NCBI GenBank assembly: GCA_036788695.1
Contig: DAIQMY010000002.1
Coordinates: 130,394-194,393, forward strand
Reading direction: 5' to 3'
DNA length: 64,000 nt
Source of the DNA: Candidatus Levyibacteriota bacterium
GTDB lineage: Bacteria; Patescibacteriota; Microgenomatia; Levybacterales; GWA1-39-11
Of the stretch, positions 43,901-51,733 are shown piece by piece. Numbering within the stretch: position 1 is the first letter of the stretch; every line of letters begins with the position of its first letter. The notes beneath the pieces were generated by a model. It did not search any database and was not told the DNA's origin. It saw only the letters and a list, made by a program, of their open reading frames with translations. The position numbers and the translations under genes were made by a program.

Positions 43901-44146
43901 AATACCTGCCTCTTTATCCAACATGGAACGTTTCGCAACATATATCTCGCAGCCGATAATAGGTTTTACACCCTGCAGGCGTGCTTCTTTAAAAAATTTT
44001 ATCGTACCATACATATTTCCGTGGTCAGTTACGGAAATAGCATCCATCCCTAACTCTTTGGTGTGTGCGAGCATTTCAGGAAATTTTGATAATCCATCAA
44101 GAAGTGAATACTCAGAGTGATTATGAAGATGTACAAACTTTCCCAT
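40931..44146 (-). CDS. dnaE: DNA polymerase III alpha subunit
   Basis: PHP domain FVHLHNHSEYSLLDG and a 1071-aa Pol IIIalpha architecture with an OB-fold C-terminus. Confidence 0.95.
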   Translation of the reverse strand: MGKFVHLHNHSEYSLLDGLSKFPEMLAHTKELGMDAISVTDHGNMYGTIKFFKEARLQGVKPIIGCEIYVAKRSMLDKEAGIDNEYNHLILLAKDNSGYKNLMKIVSVANLEGYYYKPRVDIPLLEKYSEGLICLTACVNGYIGDPLLQGKNDEAEERLKRLLTIYGDDNVYLELQKHLNVPPQEPLNKALIALSKKMGVPIVATNDNHYTHKNDAEAQEILLAIQTQTTLLDDNRKLSMINSPDFYIKSPEEMESLFAQYPEAISNTVKIAERCNVEIPLGKWILPKFKVPKGKTTGEHLKELVDTGLMARYGKIEQKVRERVDYELAVILKKGYETYFLTVADFVSWAKSHGISVGPGRGSAAGSVVSYALNITDIDPFYFNLPFERFLNPDRPSAPDIDLDFADTRRDEVISYVTQKYGEDKVAQIITFGTMEARGAVRDAGRALGMPYAAPDRIAKMIPPGWQGHAMTLSKALEQSPDLKRAYLTEQETKRLLDVATKLEGVARHASVHAAGVVIADKPLTDYTPLQRETNGEKIVTQYDMYTVGEDGVGLLKMDFLGLRNLTIIEESLKFIKQNKNVVIDVSQLPLDDKKTYDLLSSAETTGIFQLESAGMRRYIKELKPNSIFDLMAMVALYRPGPMQNIPEFIARKHNPTKISYPDPRLADILKNSYGILTFQDDVLLTTIALAGYSWLDADKFRKAMGKKIPAEMKKQRDIFLSGAVKNGLTQKKAEEIYELIAPFAGYGFNKAHAACYATIAFRTAYLKAHFPVEFMTALLTAESRGTTGPVKNEKIAQAVAECKRLNVSILAPSVNFSDAEFSIQENKVRFGLSAIKNVGSAAIQSIQEARKADNFTSLSNFLSRVDLSKVNKKTMESMIKAGALDEFGKRSSLLSSYPELVEKISRQQKDVARNQGNLFGETDTAADEVAMLGLYDVEEFSEKEKLMFEKELLGFFLTNHPLSQELENIARYITHQLTELEEEREGSPLKIGGLVSSVKKIITKKSNQEMAFVTIEDSAGVNIECVVFPKTYEEIKQVLIRDAIVIVEGKLQFKDERPVIIVDTVRRLTN

Positions 44147-44149
44147 AAT

Positions 44150-44872
44150 TTAAGCAGCTATGTCGTGTTTACTGTTAGTTTTATACGATTTAAATGTAAG
44201 AATATTATTCTCATCTACAGATGCTTCTGTAAAATTGTTTTTCCCGTTATTCTTAAGTCCTTTTGATTCGTACATTGCTTTATCCGCTTTTTTAAGCGAT
44301 TCAAGAGGTTCGTCAAGATCAATAAGTGATCCTCCGGCAGATATTGCGATTTGATGCTCTTGAAATAAATCGTTTTGTCTATCCCACCATTTTTTAACAC
44401 CTTTCATTCCTGATTTTCTTAGTATAACAATAAATTCATCCCCACCCGTTCTTCCCGCAAGGTCTCCAGCTCTTAGATTTTGACTGATAAGTCTTCCTGT
44501 TGTAGAAATATATGTGTCTCCAGCTTTGTGCCCTAGTGTGTCATTTATAGCTTTAAGACCGTCAGCATCTAAAACTATCGCAACAAGATTATCCGAATCT
44601 CGTTTTGCTACCTTCACTAGTTCAAGAAAGCGCTTATCAAAGGCTTTTCTGTTGTGGAGTCCTGTGAGGGTGTCAATTCCTCCTTCAAGTTCCTTCCTCG
44701 TCATTTCTTTAGCATTATCAGATACTAATCCTCTGTTATCTATAGGGTTTACTCCTCGCTCTTCAAACATTTTTTTTACTTTCTCCAGGTTAGGGTAGTG
44801 GACCTCGCGAATGGTAGATTTAGTAATTGTAGTAGTTGGTAATTTTTCCGTTTGTGAAGATCCGTCTGTCAT
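44150..44872 (-). CDS. GGDEF-domain diguanylate cyclase with intact active site and I-site
   Basis: GLHNRKAFD...LDADGLKAINDTLGHKAGD...RAGDLAGRTGGDEFIVIL: it has GGDEF and an RxxD I-site 5 aa upstream. The ~70-aa N-terminal region is uncharacterised. Confidence 0.85.
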   Translation of the reverse strand: MTDGSSQTEKLPTTTITKSTIREVHYPNLEKVKKMFEERGVNPIDNRGLVSDNAKEMTRKELEGGIDTLTGLHNRKAFDKRFLELVKVAKRDSDNLVAIVLDADGLKAINDTLGHKAGDTYISTTGRLISQNLRAGDLAGRTGGDEFIVILRKSGMKGVKKWWDRQNDLFQEHQIAISAGGSLIDLDEPLESLKKADKAMYESKGLKNNGKNNFTEASVDENNILTFKSYKTNSKHDIAA

Positions 44873-46248
44873 TTGAGCGCTTCCAGTATACCATTCTTTA
44901 CAGCCGTTGCGTCAAGTTTTTTTCCTGCCTTGCGTAAGACCTGTCCCAGGAGAAACATTATTGCGTTTTCTTTACCACTTTTATAGTCTTCAACTGCTTG
45001 TGGATTTTCAGATAGTACATTTGTGATGAGAGACGCTAACACGTCTGGGCTTACGTTGTCTTTTTTCTTTCCCTCCAAAACCATTTTTACTACTTCAGAC
45101 GGTTCAAATTTAGTAATATCAAGCTTTTTGTTTATGATAGCGTTTGCAATTTCCTTAGGTAGTATTTTTCCTTCTCCGTCTTTAACTGCTCTATCAAAAA
45201 AATCAGCAGTTATTTTATCTCGTGTTAATATTTCAGCGTCCGCTTGGGGAAGTTCGTATACTTTTTCAAACCTTGCTTGTTTTTCATCCGGCAGTTCTCC
45301 AATAGAGTGAAGTAGTTCTGCGATTCTCTCAATAGTTGTCGTGATTGGAGGGATATCAGGTTCCGGAAAATATCGGTAATCATGTGCTTCTTCTTTAGAC
45401 CTTTGGGAAATGGTAGCGTTTTTTGTCTCATTCCATCCGCGTGTTTCTTGAGCAGGACGTTCACCTTTTTCCAGTAATTCTTTTTGACGTTTTGCTTCAT
45501 ATTTAATAGCTCTATCAACGAATCTAAATGAATTAATGTTTTTAACCTCAACTTTATAGTTCGGTAACCCGTTCTCGCCTTTCATCCGAAGGGAAATGTT
45601 CGGTTCAAGCCGCATTTCCCCTTTCTCCATATCTGCGTTTGATACATTGAGATATCTCACAATTTTCTGGAGTTTTTGAAGATATGCTATCACTTGATGT
45701 TCATTTTCAAAGTCAGGTTCAGTAACTATCTCAACCAGTGGAACGCCTGACCTGTTAAAATCAACTAGCGATACTTTTTCACCATTTACAACTGCGTGAG
45801 AGAGTTTTCCCGTATCTTCTTCCATGTGAACGCGCGTTATTTTAATTTTTTTTGTTTCACTTGATCCTTCTTCTTTTGTTACCTCAATAAATCCATCATA
45901 TCCAAAAGGTAAATCATATTGGGAAATTTGATACCCTTTTGAAAGGTCAGGATAAAAATAATTTTTTCTATCGAATTTTGAAAATTGGTTTATAAGGCAA
46001 TTGAGGGCAAGTGCAATTTTTATACACCAGTCTATAGCTGTTTTGTTTGGGTATGGAAGTGCACCTGGTAAACCTAAACAGACAGGGCATGTGTGGGTGT
46101 TGGGTTTCTCGCCAAAATAATTAGCAGCGCATCCGCAAAACATTTTCGTTTTTGTTTTTAGTTCTACATGGACTTCTAGTCCAATGACAAGGGTATAGTT
46201 ATTTATAGTTGATGGTTCATTGTTCATAGCTTTGGAGCCTCTTTCCAA
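44869..46248 (-). CDS. gatB: Asp/Glu-tRNA amidotransferase subunit B
   Basis: GLEVHVELKTKTKMFCGC and the GatB/YqeY C-terminal domain. Confidence 0.9.
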   Translation of the reverse strand: MERGSKAMNNEPSTINNYTLVIGLEVHVELKTKTKMFCGCAANYFGEKPNTHTCPVCLGLPGALPYPNKTAIDWCIKIALALNCLINQFSKFDRKNYFYPDLSKGYQISQYDLPFGYDGFIEVTKEEGSSETKKIKITRVHMEEDTGKLSHAVVNGEKVSLVDFNRSGVPLVEIVTEPDFENEHQVIAYLQKLQKIVRYLNVSNADMEKGEMRLEPNISLRMKGENGLPNYKVEVKNINSFRFVDRAIKYEAKRQKELLEKGERPAQETRGWNETKNATISQRSKEEAHDYRYFPEPDIPPITTTIERIAELLHSIGELPDEKQARFEKVYELPQADAEILTRDKITADFFDRAVKDGEGKILPKEIANAIINKKLDITKFEPSEVVKMVLEGKKKDNVSPDVLASLITNVLSENPQAVEDYKSGKENAIMFLLGQVLRKAGKKLDATAVKNGILEALK

Positions 46249-47672
46249 TAATTTGTTTCTTGTTCAAAGGCATATCCAATTTGGAAAAGCTTGTCTTCTG
46301 AAAAATGTGGACCAATTATTTGAAGTCCTACAGGAAGTTTGCCTGCTTCCCCTGAGCTTGTCGAATGACTAAATCCTGCAGGGACTGAAATCGCGGGAAC
46401 CCCAGCCATATTTATGGTTACAGTTAGAGCGTCTTCCAGATACATTGAAAGTGGGTCACTTACTTTTTCGCCTAATTTCCATGGGAGACTTGGAGCAACA
46501 GGCGCAATAAGCGCATCAACTTGACCGAATACTTTTTCAAAGTCCTTCTTTACAAGCGTTCTTACCTGCATAGCTTTTTTATAATAGGCATCGTAGTATC
46601 CAGCAGACAAAACATACGTTCCAAGCATTATTCTTCTTTTTGCCTCTTCCCCAAAAGCTGTTCTGTCATTTCCATATCTAACACCGTCATACCTAGCTAG
46701 ATTCGAGCTTACTTCTGCGGTTTGGATTATATAATAAATTGCAATTCCATACTCAGTGTGAGGAAGGGAAACTTCTATAATTTCTGCCCCCAACTTTTCA
46801 AATTCTTTTACCGACTTTTCAAAAACCTGTTTTACTTCAGGCTGTAAACCCTTCTCTACAAATTCTTTGGGAATTCCAAGCTTCATTCCTTTAATCCCTT
46901 GTCTTAAATTCTCTAAATAATTTGGCACGTCTTTTGGTGTAAGGGTTGCGTCAAGTAAATCTTGACCCGCAGTAACTTGTAGAACTTGTGCGCTGTCTGA
47001 AACAGTTTTTGTAAAATGCCCGATGCTATCAAGGCTTGATGCCATGGCAATTATCCCGTTTCTGCTGACTCTTCCATATGTTGGTTTGAGTCCAACAGTG
47101 TTTGTAAATGATGCAGGTTGTCTAATTGATCCACCCGTGTCAGTTCCAGAGGCAACAGGGGCTAGCCCTGCGGCAACAGAAACGCCAGATCCGCTACTTG
47201 ATCCACCTGGAACAAAGTCTTTGTTCCAAGGATTTTTGGTTGCTCCAAAGTCTGAATTTTCTCCACTTGATCCATGTGCCCACGCATCATGGTTTAGCTT
47301 GCCTAGAATTATTGCACCAGCATCTTTATATTTTTTTACAACTGAAGCGTCATATTGTGGAATATAGTCTTTTAAAACATTTGATGCAGCGGTCGTTCTT
47401 ATGCCTTTGGTTATATACATGTCTTTCAGGGCAATGGGAATACCAAAAAGAGGCATGGTTGAAATCTCAGAAGTTTTACTATCCATTTCTTTTGCTTTCC
47501 GCAAAGCTTCAGCTTTTGTAACCGTAATAAAAGAATTTAAATCTGGATCTATTTTCTCAATTCTATCAAGGTAGGCTAAGACCACATCAGACACTGAGAA
47601 TTTTTTGGATTTATATCCTTCAAGTATTGTAGTTATTGTCTGATCTTGTATCTGCATTTTTCCTACTTTCAA
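46224..47672 (-). CDS. gatA: Asp/Glu-tRNA amidotransferase subunit A (amidase)
   Basis: Amidase signature GGSSSGSGVSVAAGL and the Ser-cisSer-Lys region. Confidence 0.9.
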   Translation of the reverse strand: MKVGKMQIQDQTITTILEGYKSKKFSVSDVVLAYLDRIEKIDPDLNSFITVTKAEALRKAKEMDSKTSEISTMPLFGIPIALKDMYITKGIRTTAASNVLKDYIPQYDASVVKKYKDAGAIILGKLNHDAWAHGSSGENSDFGATKNPWNKDFVPGGSSSGSGVSVAAGLAPVASGTDTGGSIRQPASFTNTVGLKPTYGRVSRNGIIAMASSLDSIGHFTKTVSDSAQVLQVTAGQDLLDATLTPKDVPNYLENLRQGIKGMKLGIPKEFVEKGLQPEVKQVFEKSVKEFEKLGAEIIEVSLPHTEYGIAIYYIIQTAEVSSNLARYDGVRYGNDRTAFGEEAKRRIMLGTYVLSAGYYDAYYKKAMQVRTLVKKDFEKVFGQVDALIAPVAPSLPWKLGEKVSDPLSMYLEDALTVTINMAGVPAISVPAGFSHSTSSGEAGKLPVGLQIIGPHFSEDKLFQIGYAFEQETNYWKEAPKL

Positions 47673-47716
47673 GCTTGCAAGAAAGAAAGCTCTGTTTATT
47701 CTCTATTCACTCATTT

Positions 47717-48040
47717 CTATTCACCATCAATGAGTTGTTTTACTTTAAAAAGTCCATTGTGTTTGGAGTATGTACCAGAAGTTGCTTCATCTTGAGTTAA
47801 GGATGGGGTGGGAACATTGTCATATCTGGTGATGTTCTCAAGCCCGGTTACTTGAGAGGTGGGGGTAACATTTGTGACGTCTATCTCTTCAATTTTTTTA
47901 ACATATTCTAAAATTCCGTTCAATTGCCTATCAAACTTCTCTTCCTCCTCTTGATTGAGATTTAGATTAGCGAGTTTCGCAATATGTTTTATATCTATCT
48001 TCATTGCCCTATTATACGAATTGCTACTCCATGAATTCAA
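47717..48040 (-). CDS. gatC: Asp/Glu-tRNA amidotransferase subunit C
   Basis: MKIDIKHIAKLANLNLNQEEEEKF is the GatC pattern. The probable true start is the internal Met at 48004. Confidence 0.8.
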   Translation of the reverse strand: MNSWSSNSYNRAMKIDIKHIAKLANLNLNQEEEEKFDRQLNGILEYVKKIEEIDVTNVTPTSQVTGLENITRYDNVPTPSLTQDEATSGTYSKHNGLFKVKQLIDGE

Positions 48041-48090
48041 GATGAGGTTATCGGCTTGGATATTAAATAGAAAACATAACGCAGGAGTGT

Positions 48091-48828
48091 TTATGCGCGG
48101 TTGATAATAATTTCTTGAGCGGCTTTCTCAATGGAGTCATCTAATGGTGTAAGAGTAATTTTTTCATTATACTTTCTTTCAAGTGCTGTCTCTATGAGCC
48201 AGTCGGCAATTTCTGGATTTTTGGGGAGAATAGGTCCATGCAGATAAGTACCTATAGAGTTTTTATAGATAATTCCTTCTGTTTTGTCTTTTCCATTATT
48301 TCCGTATCCCTTTAGCACTTTCGCAAATGCCATTTGGGGATTTTCAAGGTAGGTTCTCCCACCATGGTTTTCAAATCCAACATATTTTTGTCTGTTTCTT
48401 TCAATAACAATGTTTCCAATAAGTCTTGGGTGTTTTTCTCCAGGGTTTTCTGTTTTGAGTGGGAAGATTCCAAGACCGGGCAGATTCTTTCCCTCTGCAG
48501 TTTTGTAGTATTTTCCTAAAAATTGATATGCACCGCAAATAAATAGTCCAGGGATATTGTCTTCTATCAATTCTTTAAGAACTTCCCCCTTTTTATTAAA
48601 AAGGTCGTTATTTACTATTTCTTGTTGTGTATCTTGTGCGCCACCCATAAACAAAAGGTCACAATTCGCAAGTTTTGATTCACTTGTTGAAATAGAAATC
48701 TTCTCAATTTTTATATCAATTTCTCTCCATGCGCATCTTTTTTGCAGGACAATAATATTCCCTCTGTCACCATACGTTGACATAAGTTCAGGGTACAGCC
48801 AAGAAATAGTTAAATGCTTATTGGTCAT
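48091..48828 (-). CDS. gatD: lipid II isoglutaminyl synthase glutaminase subunit (CobQ-type GATase)
   Basis: CobB/CobQ-like type-1 glutamine amidotransferase of ~245 aa, immediately downstream of and overlapping murT. Confidence 0.7.
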   Translation of the reverse strand: MTNKHLTISWLYPELMSTYGDRGNIIVLQKRCAWREIDIKIEKISISTSESKLANCDLLFMGGAQDTQQEIVNNDLFNKKGEVLKELIEDNIPGLFICGAYQFLGKYYKTAEGKNLPGLGIFPLKTENPGEKHPRLIGNIVIERNRQKYVGFENHGGRTYLENPQMAFAKVLKGYGNNGKDKTEGIIYKNSIGTYLHGPILPKNPEIADWLIETALERKYNEKITLTPLDDSIEKAAQEIIINRA

Positions 48829-50123
48829 AATATTGCATGTCCTTTCATTATTTTCCTTATTTCAAGCATTGCTGAATATGTTGTCAAAATGTACAGGGTT
48901 TCGTTTTCCTTAGTTAGTTTCAAAGATGTGGTAAGTGCCTGGGATATATCAGATAAAGTTGTAAAACCATTCATATCTGCATATTTAATACGAATAGCCA
49001 TATCAAACGCCCTGTCACCGGAAATTATTATGTTTTTTGAGTCCTTTAAGGATTCAAATTCCACATCCCAAATCCATGAAACGTCGCGTCCGTCTGGTAT
49101 TCTATCATTTAAGAGGAGTAGTACGTTGGGGTTTTTGTCCTGTCCTAATAGTGCCTGAATGGATTGGTTAAATCCCGTGGGGTTTTTGGACAAAAGAAGA
49201 AATATTTTTTTTTCTTTATAATTTATTACCTCTTGTCTGCCGAATGCTGGAGCAAAAGTTTTTAGTGTTTCGTGAATATTTGTTTCAGAAATCCCAAATG
49301 TTTTGAGCAGGAGTAGGGCTGCTGCGTTTATATTATACTTATTGTAAATTCCAAACATGGGATTTGGTAAGTGTTCGAAAGTAGCTGTTTTCTTGTGTTC
49401 AAATTTACACTTAGGGCATGTATAAATTCCCATATGCGAATAGGAACGTTTTGAGTAGTGGAGTTCAGTTCCACAGTGCGGACAGAATAAAAAGTCTACA
49501 TCATGAGGAGCATCCATTTTTTTCATATACTTTTCAGATAACCCAAAGTAAAAAGCGTGAAGATTTGAGTTTTCGCCAATAAATCGCAGCATTGGATCAT
49601 CACCATTTGTTACCAATATTGTTTCCTTGGGCATTTTTTGAAGAGCATTAAGCCATTTTTTGGCAATAGTATTTACTTCACCGTAACGATCCAGCTGATC
49701 ACGAAAAAGATTTAAAAGAATGATTGCAGTTTTAGTCCCTTGCAGTTCAGAAATAATAAGAGGCAGTGAGTTTTCGTCTATTTCAAAAACGGCTACATCA
49801 TAGTTAAGTTTCCCACTTAACGTGGCGTGTTTTATACATGCAGACGTAATTCCGTTGATTAAATTTGCACCGGATGAATTCCTAAAAACCCTTTTTCCTT
49901 GAGAGACTAGTACATCTTGAATAAGTTTAGTTGTGGTAGTTTTGCCGTTTGTTCCTGCAACAAGAACAATTGAAAGTTGTGGGTTTAGCTTGAGTATGTT
50001 TCTTGCTAAATTGTTGTCTATTTTTAAGGCAATATGTCCTGGCCATGTGGATCCCTCACCTTGTTTTGCAATTTTTGAAAGCTTCATAATAAGCTTGCCT
50101 GTCAGAATTGAAATTTGCTTCAT
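48825..50123 (-). CDS. murT: lipid II isoglutaminyl synthase ligase subunit MurT
   Basis: Mur ligase central domain LVAGTNGKTTTTKLI, a four-Cys ribbon CPHCGTEL...CPKCKF characteristic of MurT, and a DUF1727-like C-terminus. Confidence 0.75.
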   Translation of the reverse strand: MKQISILTGKLIMKLSKIAKQGEGSTWPGHIALKIDNNLARNILKLNPQLSIVLVAGTNGKTTTTKLIQDVLVSQGKRVFRNSSGANLINGITSACIKHATLSGKLNYDVAVFEIDENSLPLIISELQGTKTAIILLNLFRDQLDRYGEVNTIAKKWLNALQKMPKETILVTNGDDPMLRFIGENSNLHAFYFGLSEKYMKKMDAPHDVDFLFCPHCGTELHYSKRSYSHMGIYTCPKCKFEHKKTATFEHLPNPMFGIYNKYNINAAALLLLKTFGISETNIHETLKTFAPAFGRQEVINYKEKKIFLLLSKNPTGFNQSIQALLGQDKNPNVLLLLNDRIPDGRDVSWIWDVEFESLKDSKNIIISGDRAFDMAIRIKYADMNGFTTLSDISQALTTSLKLTKENETLYILTTYSAMLEIRKIMKGHAIL

Positions 50124-50184
50124 GCTATTATTATACTCGGTAAATTACCAAAATTTATCATGCTTATTGTGTATAAGGATACTC

Positions 50185-51096
50185 TCACATTTCTCTGAGT
50201 ATTCTTATTCTTTCGGCAACGGGAGGATGAGTGGAGAATAGGCCTACAAACCAGGAAGTTTTATGTTTTGTATCACTTTTGAATGGACTCTCAAAGTAGA
50301 GGTGTGCAGTCGCAGGCGATGCATGTTTAAGCATATGTTTATCACTTGCAATTTTTTCAAGTGCTGCGGCCAACCCTTCAGGATAGCGAGTGATGAGAGC
50401 CCCATCAGCATCAGCAAGAAATTCACGCTTTCTTGAGACCGCAAGCTGTATCAGAGTGGCTATAATAGGAGCCAGAATTGCCATGATAATTGCAAGAATC
50501 ATAAATATACCATTTGCGCGGCTATCTCCCCTGTCACTATCCCTGTTTCTAAAAGAGCTAAAAAACATGCTTCTAAAGAATATGTCTGAGAGAATAGCAA
50601 GAGAACCTACTAATATTGCAACTATTGCCATAAGTCTTGTGTCATAGTTTTTAACATGAGATAGTTCGTGGGCAAGTACTCCCTCTAATTCTGATTTTTT
50701 AAGAATTGCAAGCAGCCCTGTTGTTGCCGCAATCGCAGCGTGTTTAGGACTTCTTCCTGTTGCAAACGCGTTTGGTGCAGGGTCGTCTATGACATATATT
50801 TTAGGCATAGGTAGTCCTGTTGCTATACTTAAATTCTCAATTGAAAGATACAAATCTTTGTGTTCCTCTTTAGTTGCGGGTTTTGCGCCAGACATAGATA
50901 ATACAATCTTGTCTGAGTAGTAATAGGAGGAAAAAGAAATGAGTCCTGAAATAATTAACATCACTCCCGCAAATGAAAGACCGTATCCTAATGCTCGCCC
51001 AAGTATGTAGGAAACTAAAAAGAAAAACAGGATAAAACAAATCATGATAAGAATTGTTTTTCTCTTATTAGAACCAATGTTTCCGCGAATTGACAT
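50185..51096 (-). CDS. htpX: M48 zinc metalloprotease HtpX
   Basis: Two N-terminal TM helices, LAHELSHVKNYDTRLM (HExxH) and a downstream Glu. Confidence 0.85.
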   Translation of the reverse strand: MSIRGNIGSNKRKTILIMICFILFFFLVSYILGRALGYGLSFAGVMLIISGLISFSSYYYSDKIVLSMSGAKPATKEEHKDLYLSIENLSIATGLPMPKIYVIDDPAPNAFATGRSPKHAAIAATTGLLAILKKSELEGVLAHELSHVKNYDTRLMAIVAILVGSLAILSDIFFRSMFFSSFRNRDSDRGDSRANGIFMILAIIMAILAPIIATLIQLAVSRKREFLADADGALITRYPEGLAAALEKIASDKHMLKHASPATAHLYFESPFKSDTKHKTSWFVGLFSTHPPVAERIRILREM

Positions 51097-51128
51097 ATAT
51101 CTGTATTAAAAAACGAAATGGAGAGGAT

Positions 51129-51701
51129 TTAAAATGAAACGTTTACGTCTTTTTTATCGGCATCTTCTGCCTCAAAAAATTCTTTTTCAGTAAATTTGAA
51201 GCGTGTAGCTATTAGATTTGCGGGAAATGTTTGAATTTTTGCATTATAATCTAAAACGTTTGAGTTATAAAATTGTCTAGAGTAGGAGATTTTGTTTTCA
51301 GTATCCGTTAATTCTTCTTGGAGTTGTTTGAAATTGTCTGATGCCTTTAGGTCAGGGTAGGCTTCAGCAACGGCAAAAAGAGATTTGAGAGCGCCTGTTA
51401 GCATGTCTTCAGCAACAGCTTTTTCTTTTAAAGTACCTGCGCCCATCATAGCACTTCTTGCTTTTGTTACGCTTTCAAAAACTGTTTTTTCGTGTTTTGC
51501 ATATCCCTTTACAGTTTCTACGAGATTTGGAATAAGGTCAGCACGGCGTTTGAGTTGAACATCAATAGATGAGAGTGCCTCTTTTATTCTTTCGCGAAGT
51601 ACAATAAGTGAGTTATATGTAAGCCATAAGTAAAGAGCGATGGCGACTATAATAAAAAGAAATACTGCAATATACACACCCATAGGTTCATTGTGCCACA
51701 A
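51129..51701 (-). CDS. lemA: LemA family protein
   Basis: N-terminal TM helix; [39 protein letters not shown] is a typical LemA sequence. It is adjacent to htpX, a conserved pair. Confidence 0.8.
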   Translation of the reverse strand: MWHNEPMGVYIAVFLFIIVAIALYLWLTYNSLIVLRERIKEALSSIDVQLKRRADLIPNLVETVKGYAKHEKTVFESVTKARSAMMGAGTLKEKAVAEDMLTGALKSLFAVAEAYPDLKASDNFKQLQEELTDTENKISYSRQFYNSNVLDYNAKIQTFPANLIATRFKFTEKEFFEAEDADKKDVNVSF

Positions 51702-51733
51702 CAGTTATGAGTTGTCAAGGAAACTGTAAGGTT

